This document shows, piece by piece, positions 1 through 9,078 of a DNA stretch of 64,000 bases. The translations under genes were made by a program, and so were the position numbers. The notes beneath the pieces were generated by a model. The model did no database searches, was not told the origin of the DNA, and saw only the letters and a program-made list of their open reading frames with translations. Source of the DNA: Acidimicrobiaceae bacterium (GTDB lineage: Bacteria; Actinomycetota; Acidimicrobiia; Acidimicrobiales; MedAcidi-G1); assembly GCA_002716285.1 (NCBI GenBank), contig PBAM01000010.1, positions 15,403 through 79,402 on the forward strand, given 5' to 3'. Position 1 is the stretch's first letter; every line of letters starts with the position of its first letter.

Positions 1-176
1 TGAATCAGTGGACTACCGGAGTCCAGTTCACATTCCGACACAAGTGGTCGCCTGGTGACCTTGTTGTTTGGGATAACAGGTCAACCCAACACATAGCTTT
101 GAACGATTACAAGGGAGCAAGAAGAGAGTTGAATAGAACTACGGCAAGCGACTCAGCCCCACCCTCTCCATATTAG
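1..176 (+). CDS. TauD/TfdA-family Fe(II)/2-oxoglutarate dioxygenase, C-terminal fragment (gene begins before the window)
   Basis: Not in the ORF track. Frame from nt 3 reads NQWTTGVQFTFRHKWSPGDLVVWDNRSTQHIALNDYKGARRELNRTT...PY, stop TAG at 174-176. W..GD.VVWDNR.TQH...R is the TauD C-terminal motif. Confidence 0.85.
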   Translation, partial: NQWTTGVQFTFRHKWSPGDLVVWDNRSTQHIALNDYKGARRELNRTTASDSAPPSPY

Positions 177-199
177 AAGGACATCTGGTCAAGAAATAT

Positions 200-1069
200 C
201 TACTTTTCTGTTAACAATTCTATAAGAGAGGAGACATCCGATCTGCTGTGACCTTTTTCTTGCAACTCAGCAAAAAAACCGTCAACCATCACCGTAACCG
301 GCAAGTTGAAACCAATCCTTTCTGCCTCTTCAAAAACTATCCCAAAGTCCTTGCGCATCCAGTCAACTGCAAATCCATGGTCGAATTCCCCTGCAAGCAT
401 CGTTTCTGAACGATTACTCAGGTACCAAGATGCAGACGCTCCTTGACTTATTGCTTCTAGAACTTTTTCAGTGTCCAAGTTTGAGCGTTTCGCAAATTCC
501 AGTGCCTCTGACAAGCCTTGCAACAAACCTCCAATGCAAACCTGATTGACCATCTTTGTAAGTTGCCCATGACCTGAAGGGCCAACGAGAATCGAGATTT
601 TTGAATAAACGTCTATTATTGGTTCAATCTTTGCAAACGCCTCTTGAGAACCTCCGCACATCACACTCAACTGGCCTGATTCAGCTCCTGCCTGACCTCC
701 TGAGATAGGTGCATCAACAAAACCTACGCCTTTTTCTGCACAAGCTCCTTCCAACTCTTTAGCTAGAAACGCTGATGCAGTCGTATGATCAACCAGAACA
801 GACCCTGATGACATTCCCTCTAAAACACCAGATTCTCCATAAACAACTGACCGAACATCATCATCATTTCCGACACATAACATCACTACATCAGCATCCT
901 GAGCTGCCTCACAAGGCGTAGCTCCTAACGAACCGCCATAAGCTTCCACCCATTTTTCTGCTTTAGAAATTGTGCGATTGTAAACCGTCGTCTGATTGCC
1001 GGCATTCTGCAGATAACCGGCCATTGGGTATCCCATCACTCCCAAACCTATAAAGGCACATGTTGGCAT
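200..1069 (-). CDS. NAD(P)-dependent beta-hydroxyacid dehydrogenase (3-hydroxyisobutyrate dehydrogenase family)
   Basis: FIGLGVMGYPMA Rossmann motif, DAPISGG, KMVNQ catalytic Lys; AGGAG RBS upstream. Confidence 0.9.
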   Translation of the reverse strand: MPTCAFIGLGVMGYPMAGYLQNAGNQTTVYNRTISKAEKWVEAYGGSLGATPCEAAQDADVVMLCVGNDDDVRSVVYGESGVLEGMSSGSVLVDHTTASAFLAKELEGACAEKGVGFVDAPISGGQAGAESGQLSVMCGGSQEAFAKIEPIIDVYSKISILVGPSGHGQLTKMVNQVCIGGLLQGLSEALEFAKRSNLDTEKVLEAISQGASASWYLSNRSETMLAGEFDHGFAVDWMRKDFGIVFEEAERIGFNLPVTVMVDGFFAELQEKGHSRSDVSSLIELLTEK

Positions 1070-1185
1070 CTTTTCTCCTTTTTACTTTTAACTTTCAAAT
1101 ATCGACCTTAGGCTTTACTTTAATAGTTGCAAATCACTCATCATGAATGAACTTGCATTATGGACAATAATTTAGGAGATAAATA

Positions 1186-2118
1186 ATGGGCAACCTCTGT
1201 GAAGGTCGTGTGGCTATCGTTACTGGAGCGGGAAGAGGCATTGGACGCGAACATGCACTCATGCTTGCTGGCCAAGGTGCAAAAGTGGTCGTAAACGATC
1301 TTGGTGGCGATATAGATGGATCCGGCAGTGACTTAAGCCCCGCTCAAGAAGTAGTAAATGAAATCGTTGAAATAGGCGGCGAAGCAATCGTAAATGGTGC
1401 GAACGTAGCTGACTTCACAGCTGCCGGTGAAATGGTTCAACAAGCAATCGACACTTGGGGACGATTGGATATTTTGATCAACAATGCAGGAATTTTGCGC
1501 GACCGAATGATTTTTTCAATGTCTGAAGATGACTTCGATGCAGTGATAAATGTTCACCTTAAAGGAACATTCTCAACCGTTCATCACGCGTCAGTTTTCT
1601 GGCGAGAAACAGTTAAAGCTGGAGGTGAAGCTTTTGGAAGAATCATCAATACTTCTTCACCTTCCGGCATTTACGGCAATGTTGGTCAAGCAAACTATGG
1701 TGCGGCTAAAGCCGGCATAGCAGCATTTTCTGTTATTACCGCAATGGAACTAGTCAAATACGGTGTAACAGTCAACTGCCTCGCACCTGCTGCTTTCACA
1801 CGTATGACCGCCGACCTCCCAGGAATAGTCGGTACAGGTGAAGGTGCTGAAGAAGCAATGAGTCCAAGATGGATTTCTGTAATCACTGCTTGGTTGTGTA
1901 GCGAAGCAGCTCAAAATGTAACAGGGCGAGTATTCGATGTTGTCGGAGAAAGACTTGGAATAGCCGAACAATGGCATCTAGGACCCTCTGCTAAACAAAC
2001 AGATGATCCTGAAGGACTTACCGACATTGTTAAGGAACTAATGAAGGATGCACAACTCAATCCTGATATGGGTGGCATGCCAACGGAGGGACCTGGAAGG
2101 CCCAGCAAAGACATCTAA
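1186..2118 (+). CDS. SDR oxidoreductase (extended, hydroxyacyl-CoA/steroid dehydrogenase-like)
   Basis: TGAGRGIG, VVVNDLG, NNAGILRD, YGAAK; AGGAG RBS. Confidence 0.9.
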   Translation: MGNLCEGRVAIVTGAGRGIGREHALMLAGQGAKVVVNDLGGDIDGSGSDLSPAQEVVNEIVEIGGEAIVNGANVADFTAAGEMVQQAIDTWGRLDILINNAGILRDRMIFSMSEDDFDAVINVHLKGTFSTVHHASVFWRETVKAGGEAFGRIINTSSPSGIYGNVGQANYGAAKAGIAAFSVITAMELVKYGVTVNCLAPAAFTRMTADLPGIVGTGEGAEEAMSPRWISVITAWLCSEAAQNVTGRVFDVVGERLGIAEQWHLGPSAKQTDDPEGLTDIVKELMKDAQLNPDMGGMPTEGPGRPSKDI

Positions 2119-3356
2119 TGGCAATTGATTTCACACTTTCGCCTGAGCTGGAAGGAATACGGAATAACGTCCGCGAGTTCATTGAACGGGTAGTGAAACC
2201 CGGAGAAGAAATAATAGAAGGCTCCAATGGAACCGAACCGTTAAATCCTAAAGACAGGATTGGCAAACTAATTGAAATGCGAAAAGAGGCTTTCGAGGAA
2301 GGACTCTGGTTGCCTCATATGCCAAAAGAATGGGGAGGAATGGAACTAGGGCACGTAGCTATGGCCATGGTTCAAGCAGAAGCAGCCAAATCCTACTACG
2401 GTCCCTGGGTGCTCAATTGTCAGGCTCCCGATGAAGGAAACATGCACACTATGTTGCATTGGGCCACAGACGAGCAAAAGGAAAAATACCTGAAACCTCT
2501 TTGTAATGGAACAGCTACTTCTTGTTTTGCTATGACTGAACCAGAAGTAGCAGGATCAGATCCAACGCTTATTGAGACAAATGCCTATCAAGATGGTGAA
2601 GAATGGGTTATCAACGGGCATAAATGGTTCATTTCAAATGCACATCGCGCAAATTTTGCAATCCTTATCGCCAGAACCGAAGATGACCCTGAATTACCAC
2701 AAGCAGCAAATACTGCTTTTATTATCGATCTTCCATCCGATGGTTGGACTGAAGTTCGAGAAATTGAAACAATGCACGGATCAACAGGCCATTCTGAAAT
2801 AGTTATCGAAGACCTTAGAGTTCACGACTCTCAGATGTTAGGTGGTAGAGGTCAAGGACATTTACTTGGTCAGTACCGTTTAGGTCCAGCTCGACTAGCA
2901 CACTGTATGAGATGGATTGCCCAGGCAGAGATGGCACTTGACATGACGGTTAAAAGATCCCTGGAAAGATACAGTCACGGTTCAATCCTGGCTGAAAAAC
3001 AAGGAATTCAGTGGATGATCGCTGACTCTGCGATGGAGCTTTATCAATGTAAATTAATGGTCCTACATGCTGCTTCGAAAATTGACAATGGGGATGATTT
3101 TAAATCAGAAGTTTCAATGACAAAACACTTCGTAGCGAACAGCCTCAACCGAATAATAGACCGTGCCATACAAGTGCACGGCGCTCTCGGATACTCAACA
3201 GACACCCCTCTGGCTCACATGTATCAACATGCAAGATGGTCTAGATTTGCCGACGGCGCTGATGAAATCCATCAAATGCGTATAGCTCAAAGAACAATAG
3301 CCGCCTTTAAGGATCATGGTTCCACTTCTTCAGCTACTGGAAACCTGCCGATCTGA
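2118..3356 (+). CDS. Acyl-CoA dehydrogenase
   Basis: FAMTEPEVAGSD, INGHKWFISN, AIQVHGALG, ADGADEIH; TAATG overlap with upstream SDR. Confidence 0.93.
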   Translation: MAIDFTLSPELEGIRNNVREFIERVVKPGEEIIEGSNGTEPLNPKDRIGKLIEMRKEAFEEGLWLPHMPKEWGGMELGHVAMAMVQAEAAKSYYGPWVLNCQAPDEGNMHTMLHWATDEQKEKYLKPLCNGTATSCFAMTEPEVAGSDPTLIETNAYQDGEEWVINGHKWFISNAHRANFAILIARTEDDPELPQAANTAFIIDLPSDGWTEVREIETMHGSTGHSEIVIEDLRVHDSQMLGGRGQGHLLGQYRLGPARLAHCMRWIAQAEMALDMTVKRSLERYSHGSILAEKQGIQWMIADSAMELYQCKLMVLHAASKIDNGDDFKSEVSMTKHFVANSLNRIIDRAIQVHGALGYSTDTPLAHMYQHARWSRFADGADEIHQMRIAQRTIAAFKDHGSTSSATGNLPI

Positions 3357-3397
3357 AAGTATTAATACCCACTAAGTGAAATAAACAAGGAGAAAAA

Positions 3398-4576
3398 ATG
3401 GAAGAAGTTGTGATAGTAGACGCTGTGAGAAGCCCAATAGGTAAAAGAGGTGGTGGTCTTTCCAACTCACACTCCGTAGACCTACTAGGGGCAGTTCAAT
3501 CTGCTTTATTTACCAGAACTGGAATGGACCCTAAAGAAGTTGGACAAGTTGTGGGTGGATGCGTAGGACAAGTAGGCATGCAAACTATGAATGTAACTCG
3601 TACAGCATGGCTGACCGCCGGTTTACCTATCGAAGTGGCCGCCACAACCGTCGATGCACAATGCGGTTCTTCTCAACAGGCAACGAATCTTGCATACGCC
3701 TTAGTAGCTTCAGGAACTGTCGATTCCGCTATTGGGTGCGGTGTGGAACTTATGAGCCAAGTCGGTTTCGGGGCGACAATTCCTAAAGAACCCAACGCAG
3801 GAAGTCCGGTAAATCGTAACTACTTCGAGCATTTCGAGATGACTAGTCAGTTCGAAGGATCTGAAAGAATCGCTGACCATTGGGAAATTACCCGTGATGA
3901 TTGCGACGCCTTCGGAAAACTTTCTCAAGATCGCGCTGCCAGGGCATGGTCAGAAGATCGATTCGCCACACAGATAACCCCAATAGAAGTTCCAGTCAGC
4001 GATGAAAACGGAGATCTCTCAGGAGAAAGCGTCACAATCACTCGCGACGAAGGACTTCGAGAAACCACTATGGAGTCTCTTTCAAATCTGAAACCATCAG
4101 GACGTGAAAATGGTGTTCACACCGCTGGAACATCTTCACAAATCTCTGATGGCGCTGGAGCAGTATTAATGATGACAGCCCAAAAAGCAGCAGATCTTGG
4201 ATTAAAACCTCTAGCTAAAATCGTTGATAGTTGCTTGGTCGGTTCAGACCCTGAATTCATGCTCACAGGACCAATATTCGCAACTGAAAAAATCCTAAAA
4301 GACAATGGAATGAAAATAGACGATATAGACCTCGTTGAAATTAACGAAGCCTTTGCGTCTGTAGTTCTCGCGTGGGAAAAAGAAACCAGCCCGGACATGG
4401 AGCGTGTCAATCCAAATGGAGGAGCAATAGCGTTAGGTCATCCTCTTGGTGGAACAGGTGCAATACTGACAACAAAAGCAGTTCACGAACTCCACCGGAC
4501 TGACACCGAACACGCTTTGGTGACAATGTGTTGTGGCGGTGGACTGGGAACCGGAACCCTTCTGCAACGTCTATAA
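3398..4576 (+). CDS. Acetyl-CoA acyltransferase (thiolase), FadA5-like
   Basis: TVDAQCGSSQQA catalytic Cys, EINEAFA, GHPLGGTG, CCGGG; N-terminus RSPIGKR...LLGAVQ resembles actinobacterial steroid 3-ketoacyl-CoA thiolases. Confidence 0.9.
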   Translation: MEEVVIVDAVRSPIGKRGGGLSNSHSVDLLGAVQSALFTRTGMDPKEVGQVVGGCVGQVGMQTMNVTRTAWLTAGLPIEVAATTVDAQCGSSQQATNLAYALVASGTVDSAIGCGVELMSQVGFGATIPKEPNAGSPVNRNYFEHFEMTSQFEGSERIADHWEITRDDCDAFGKLSQDRAARAWSEDRFATQITPIEVPVSDENGDLSGESVTITRDEGLRETTMESLSNLKPSGRENGVHTAGTSSQISDGAGAVLMMTAQKAADLGLKPLAKIVDSCLVGSDPEFMLTGPIFATEKILKDNGMKIDDIDLVEINEAFASVVLAWEKETSPDMERVNPNGGAIALGHPLGGTGAILTTKAVHELHRTDTEHALVTMCCGGGLGTGTLLQRL

Positions 4577-4579
4577 TTT

Positions 4580-5671
4580 TTGGAGTTAATTTCAGTGTCA
4601 AATGTGAAAAATTGTTCCGCTGTAATCTTTAACGGAGATGGTAGTTGGGAGAAAAAAGACGACTTTGATATCCCCAAACCTCCAAAAGGTGGAGCAGTTC
4701 TTGCTGTTGAAGCCGTCGGCCTATGTCACAGTGATGTTGCTCAATTAAACGGTCAAAAACATGTCCCTGGAGAAGTTTCACCAACTGTTCCTGGACACGA
4801 AATAGTTGGAAGAGTCTATGATTTGGACTCAGAGTCAGAACTCGAAGTTGAAATCGGAGATCGTGTAGCAGTAAACATTGTTGTCCCTACAGAACCTTCA
4901 GATGTAAATCCCTTCGGCATCAGTTGCTACGGATACAGTTTTGGACTGGATAAAGCTGAAGGGCTCTGGGGAGGTTACGGAGAATACATGTCCATTCTTC
5001 CGAAAACCCAACTTGAGCGCTTAACTAATGACATACCTGCTGAAGAGTTGACTATTTTTGAACCCCTAAGCAATGTCATTGCGTGGACAAGTCGGATCCG
5101 CTGGAGTCAAAAAATGAAAGTAGTAATACAAGGACCCGGCCACATGGGTTTAACTTTTGCTGCTATGGCCAAACAAATGGGAGCCGACAAAGTTATTGTT
5201 ACAGGAACCAGCGAAGATGACCACAGACTATCCATAGCAGAAAAAATCGGAGCTGATTTCGTTATTGATGTCTCGAACGAAGACCCAGTCGAAAAAATCA
5301 CAGATATCACTGGTGGCATGATGGCAGATCTTGTCGTCGATCTAAGCAGCGCACCATTGGTGCCAGGATTATGCCTCGACCTAGTCAGATATGGCGGTGA
5401 CGTGATTTGGGCTGGTCTTAAAGACCGAGAAGCGGTTCCAGTCATAACAGACAATGCTGTCATGCGAGGAATTACCATCCATGGTGGAGCGGGTGGTACT
5501 AATAAATCATTAAAAGAAGCAGTAGAAATTCTTAATACAAAGGAATTTCCGACTGCCCCGCTACTTGGAGAAGTCTTCACAATAGATCAAATCGATGAGG
5601 CTATGGCAGTATTGAACAGAACCACAGCAAATGATGCTGTGCGCGCTGTCTTATCCCACACCCATAAGTAA
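4580..5671 (+). CDS. Zinc-binding alcohol dehydrogenase (MDR family)
   Basis: GLCHSD and GHEIVG catalytic-zinc motifs, GPGHMG nucleotide motif; true start probably GTG at 4595 after GGAG. Confidence 0.85.
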   Translation: MELISVSNVKNCSAVIFNGDGSWEKKDDFDIPKPPKGGAVLAVEAVGLCHSDVAQLNGQKHVPGEVSPTVPGHEIVGRVYDLDSESELEVEIGDRVAVNIVVPTEPSDVNPFGISCYGYSFGLDKAEGLWGGYGEYMSILPKTQLERLTNDIPAEELTIFEPLSNVIAWTSRIRWSQKMKVVIQGPGHMGLTFAAMAKQMGADKVIVTGTSEDDHRLSIAEKIGADFVIDVSNEDPVEKITDITGGMMADLVVDLSSAPLVPGLCLDLVRYGGDVIWAGLKDREAVPVITDNAVMRGITIHGGAGGTNKSLKEAVEILNTKEFPTAPLLGEVFTIDQIDEAMAVLNRTTANDAVRAVLSHTHK

Positions 5672-5695
5672 TTTGATTTTTTAGTAGTTCTCTGG

Positions 5696-6571
5696 CTAAC
5701 CCCAAACCAGTGGACAATCAGGATGATCAACCACAGGTTCACCTGTTCGCATGTTTTCATGATGCGGTTTCTTAGGAGCTCCAGAGCGAATCTTGTAGGT
5801 GGAATCGTCCCCACAGTAACGAACTGAAACTGCCCGTCGTTGTCTAGAAGCTGAACTGTTCGCACCTGCCCCATGAAGGGTTAATGCATGATGCACAACT
5901 AAATCTCCAGGTTTTGTATTGAATTGAATCAAATCCAGCTTTTCGTCACTTATTTCAATATTGGGCAGATCATTTCCTTCAGTTCCGGGTAAAGATTCAT
6001 TCACGACAAACCAATTCGGTTTAAATACTTTGTTGCTCTTATGAGAGGATCGGAGATAAACGACTCCACCTGTTTCAGAATCAACGTCATCCAGAGGAGC
6101 CCAGACCGTGCAAATGTTTTCCCCTTCTATATGGAAATAACCCAAATCTTGATGGAAGGCGGTTCTCTCAGCCGTACCCGGTTCTTTAATCAAAACCGAA
6201 TCTTCATACAGGTAAACCTTTTCCGAGTTCATAAGTTCTGCCACAATCGAAGGAAGAGGGGAGATTTTTGCAAACGCGGCAAAAATTTCATCCTCTTTCC
6301 AGTGATCTACTCCCGACAAAAATCGCCCACCTTTAACACCTTCGTCAGTTAAAACCGTCAAATCTTGAGTTTTATTTAAGTCACTCCCAAGTGCTGTAAG
6401 GTCAGCAAACATTTTTGGTTCATTAAGCATAACTTTCAAAGCAGAATCGAGTAAGTCAACCCAATCTTTGTGCACTATTTCAGGCAAGTGGACAACTCCG
6501 TCTATAACAAAAGAAGAGGTTTCCGCATGAGTGATAGGCCTCAATGGGTCAGAAGATGGGAAACTAGCCAT
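5696..6571 (-). CDS. Phytanoyl-CoA dioxygenase (PhyH) family Fe(II)/2OG dioxygenase
   Basis: HQD...PGDLVVHH..TLHGA...RRAVSVRY facial triad and 2OG-binding Arg. Confidence 0.88.
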   Translation of the reverse strand: MASFPSSDPLRPITHAETSSFVIDGVVHLPEIVHKDWVDLLDSALKVMLNEPKMFADLTALGSDLNKTQDLTVLTDEGVKGGRFLSGVDHWKEDEIFAAFAKISPLPSIVAELMNSEKVYLYEDSVLIKEPGTAERTAFHQDLGYFHIEGENICTVWAPLDDVDSETGGVVYLRSSHKSNKVFKPNWFVVNESLPGTEGNDLPNIEISDEKLDLIQFNTKPGDLVVHHALTLHGAGANSSASRQRRAVSVRYCGDDSTYKIRSGAPKKPHHENMRTGEPVVDHPDCPLVWG

Positions 6572-6609
6572 ATTTTTCCATGGGATTGTTGATTTGCATA
6601 TGAAACCCT

Positions 6610-7401
6610 TTAGACACTTGGTGGTCTCTCGCGAGACAAATGAGCACCTGCATCGGCTAAAAACAGCTGACCAGTAATATTTTGGGCAAAATCAGAGGCT
6701 AAAAAAACGGACAGGTGACCTAAGTCTTCAATATCACTCATCCTTCTCAGTGGATTTGATTGTTGTATGGCAGAAATTCGATCATCATCAAAAAAATCTA
6801 CGACTGTTTCAGTCAAAGTTGTACCTGGAGCAATTGCTAGAACCCTTATACCCATAGGCCCAAATTCGACTGCCGCTGTCTGAGTCAGGTGATTTATTCC
6901 CGCTTTAGCCGCGCCATAACCCGCTAAGAAAGGACTGGGTCTTGTAGTTTCACCTGAACTCACATTTATGATTACGCCTCTTCCCGACTCGCTCATATGT
7001 TTTGCTTCTGACTTCATGGATAAGGCTGTAACTAGAAGATTTTGTTCTATTACATCCCTCCATTTTTTCTCATCCATTTCCAATAATGAAGCAGTTCCCT
7101 CTGGTCCAAGCATTCCAATATTGTTAACTGCTACATCAATTCCTCCAAGTTTCTCCGAAGACTCATCAAACATTCTTTCAACCTGCTTCTCTTCGCGAGC
7201 ATCACCAACGACGGAGAAAGATGAACCTTGATTTAAAGCAGCCAGCAATTCGACAGTTTCCTGTGCCTTGTCAGCTCTCTTATCCAACACAGCAACATTT
7301 GCCCCAGCTTGGGCGAACAGAGATGCTATAGAGCGTCCTATTCCAGCACCAGCGCCAGTTACAACAACATTTTTTCCTGAATGGTCGATTTCAATAGGCA
7401 A
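6610..7401 (-). CDS. SDR family oxidoreductase
   Basis: TGAGAGIG, VNN, YGAAK, IAPG; starts 1 nt after the stop of the UGSC gene. Confidence 0.88.
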   Translation of the reverse strand: MPIEIDHSGKNVVVTGAGAGIGRSIASLFAQAGANVAVLDKRADKAQETVELLAALNQGSSFSVVGDAREEKQVERMFDESSEKLGGIDVAVNNIGMLGPEGTASLLEMDEKKWRDVIEQNLLVTALSMKSEAKHMSESGRGVIINVSSGETTRPSPFLAGYGAAKAGINHLTQTAAVEFGPMGIRVLAIAPGTTLTETVVDFFDDDRISAIQQSNPLRRMSDIEDLGHLSVFLASDFAQNITGQLFLADAGAHLSRERPPSV

Positions 7402-7402
7402 A

Positions 7403-7936
7403 TTAGTTCTCCAGTACTTTCAGCAAATCATCCAGAGCTGTCTCTACCCAGCCAATAACAACCTCTTCTTCCGTGCCACCTAGGGGGTGGGGAACTACCA
7501 CAATTCTAGCCTTTGGCATTCCCAAGCTATTAGCCGCAGAATGAGTCAGTTCTTTAAACTTTTCTGTAGTGAAAACAACAGTCGGCACTCCCGCTTTTTC
7601 AATTTCAATCAAATCATGGACACTCCACGAAGTACAAGATCCTCAATCAGCTGAGCCGGTTAAAACCAATTGAACTTCTTCTGCAAGCATTCCAACAACT
7701 TGAGGGTTGCATGCCGTCGCAGCATTAGCTCTTTCGCCTTTTCCAGTGGTTATCGAGAACTTTGCATTGATTCTTCCTGCAAGCCCTTCAGCAATCTTTG
7801 TTAATAACAAATCAGCATTTGGTTTGCCATTCTCAAGAACTCCTATTTTTCCTCCGGAGAACAATGGTGTAGTTGAACACAACTCAACCACTTCATCCAT
7901 TAAATCACCTTCAGGACTGTGAATCTTCATATTCAT
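7403..7936 (-). CDS. UGSC-family selenoprotein (177 aa, Sec at residue 98, TGA at 7643-7645)
   Basis: Track ORFs 7643..7936 and 7403..7612 are in the same frame, separated by TGA plus 10 sense codons. Read-through gives LTGSAD-U-GSCTSWSVHDLIEIEKAGVPTV. N-terminal NGKPNAD is typical of the family. SECIS-like hairpin follows. Confidence 0.9.
7614..7630 (-). promoter_or_regulatory. Putative bacterial SECIS element of the UGSC gene
   Basis: UCGUGGA-GUG-UCCAUGA 7-bp stem starting 12 nt after the UGA; loop G-U at positions 23-24 counting UGA as 1-3. Confidence 0.7.
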
Positions 7937-7961
7937 AGACTAGACCTCCCCCTCACTCCTT

Positions 7962-9014
7962 TCATATTGGAACTGTCACACTGCGAGTCATTCCCCAACT
8001 AGGAATTACACATGAATGCTTTCCGGCGCCTCCACTTACTAGAATTTTGATGTTTTCAACCTGTTGAGTCATTGGAACTAACTCATCATCTGAAAGTGAA
8101 TGCATCCAATCCGCCCATGCTAATAAGTTGAACTGCTCTCTAAAACGGCCAGCTGTCATTCTCGCTTTCTCAAATAAGTAGTCAGAAACATCTTCTCTAC
8201 CCCAACCTTGATCGAACGCAGTGGCAGCATGTTCAGGGCAAAGGATTACGAACCATTCACCACTTGATATGCAGGCATTATTGACTCCAAAAGTTGTCAT
8301 AGCTGAAGCAGCCTTATCAAGTATTCTCTCAATGTTTTCTGATTCCATATCGTGAAAATTATGTGGGTTTTCTCCGCAGTGCACAGTAAGTGCGCTTTCT
8401 GAATTGACTCCAAGCGTTACCGGATATGAATCCCACGGATTTTCCTTTTGATTCTCTGCGATGCAGTAGGTGTATTTCGAGGGCTGTCCCTGCGTTGAGG
8501 CATCGCCAGGACCTGGTGCCGCTCCTGCGATATGCAATAATATCAGTCGTATCGCCCTCCCTACCGTTGCATTTGCTCTATTACCGGGCCCAAATACCCC
8601 TAAACCGGAGTTGAAACCAAGTTCATCCACTGCTCTCCCATGAACTATCAATAAAGGAGCAACAGGGTGAGTAGTTGTGTTAACTCCACGCAAATTAATC
8701 CTTTGATTACCTAAGGCTTTTACAGCCGCAACAACAACAGGAAAATATTCCGGTTTGCAGCCCGCTAAAACGGCATTAACCGCTACAGACCTGTAAGTTG
8801 CCGAGCCTCCTCGTGGTGGAAGAACTGTCAGCACTTCTTCTGGTGAAGCCTCTATACAACTAAGCATTTCAGTCACACGCTTATCTGTCGGTGCCACCAG
8901 TGGCAGACCATCCCCCCAGCCATGTTTCTCAAATAGTTCATAGATGGTGTCTGGGTCTTCATCTGATAGTTCAAGGAACTGGCTTTGACTTTCCATTCCA
9001 ACATTCTCGCCCAT
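7962..9014 (-). CDS. Conserved hypothetical protein, UGSC-associated partner family
   Basis: GWGDGLPLVAPT...AVNAVLAGC.PEYFPVV...GPGNRANATVGRA...AEN...CPEHA; lies 25 nt upstream of the UGSC gene, with AGGAG/GGAGG RBS between. Confidence 0.8.
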   Translation of the reverse strand: MGENVGMESQSQFLELSDEDPDTIYELFEKHGWGDGLPLVAPTDKRVTEMLSCIEASPEEVLTVLPPRGGSATYRSVAVNAVLAGCKPEYFPVVVAAVKALGNQRINLRGVNTTTHPVAPLLIVHGRAVDELGFNSGLGVFGPGNRANATVGRAIRLILLHIAGAAPGPGDASTQGQPSKYTYCIAENQKENPWDSYPVTLGVNSESALTVHCGENPHNFHDMESENIERILDKAASAMTTFGVNNACISSGEWFVILCPEHAATAFDQGWGREDVSDYLFEKARMTAGRFREQFNLLAWADWMHSLSDDELVPMTQQVENIKILVSGGAGKHSCVIPSWGMTRSVTVPI

Positions 9015-9078
9015 AGGCTTGCCGACTTTACAGTTGGGAAAATTCGATTATGAAATTTCCCTAATATACAAAGTAGGG

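Noticed and set aside
7403-7936. Pseudogene or two small hypothetical proteins (same for 28448-29026)
   Set aside because: No frameshift or decay; the single TGA sits exactly in a UxxC or CxxU motif.
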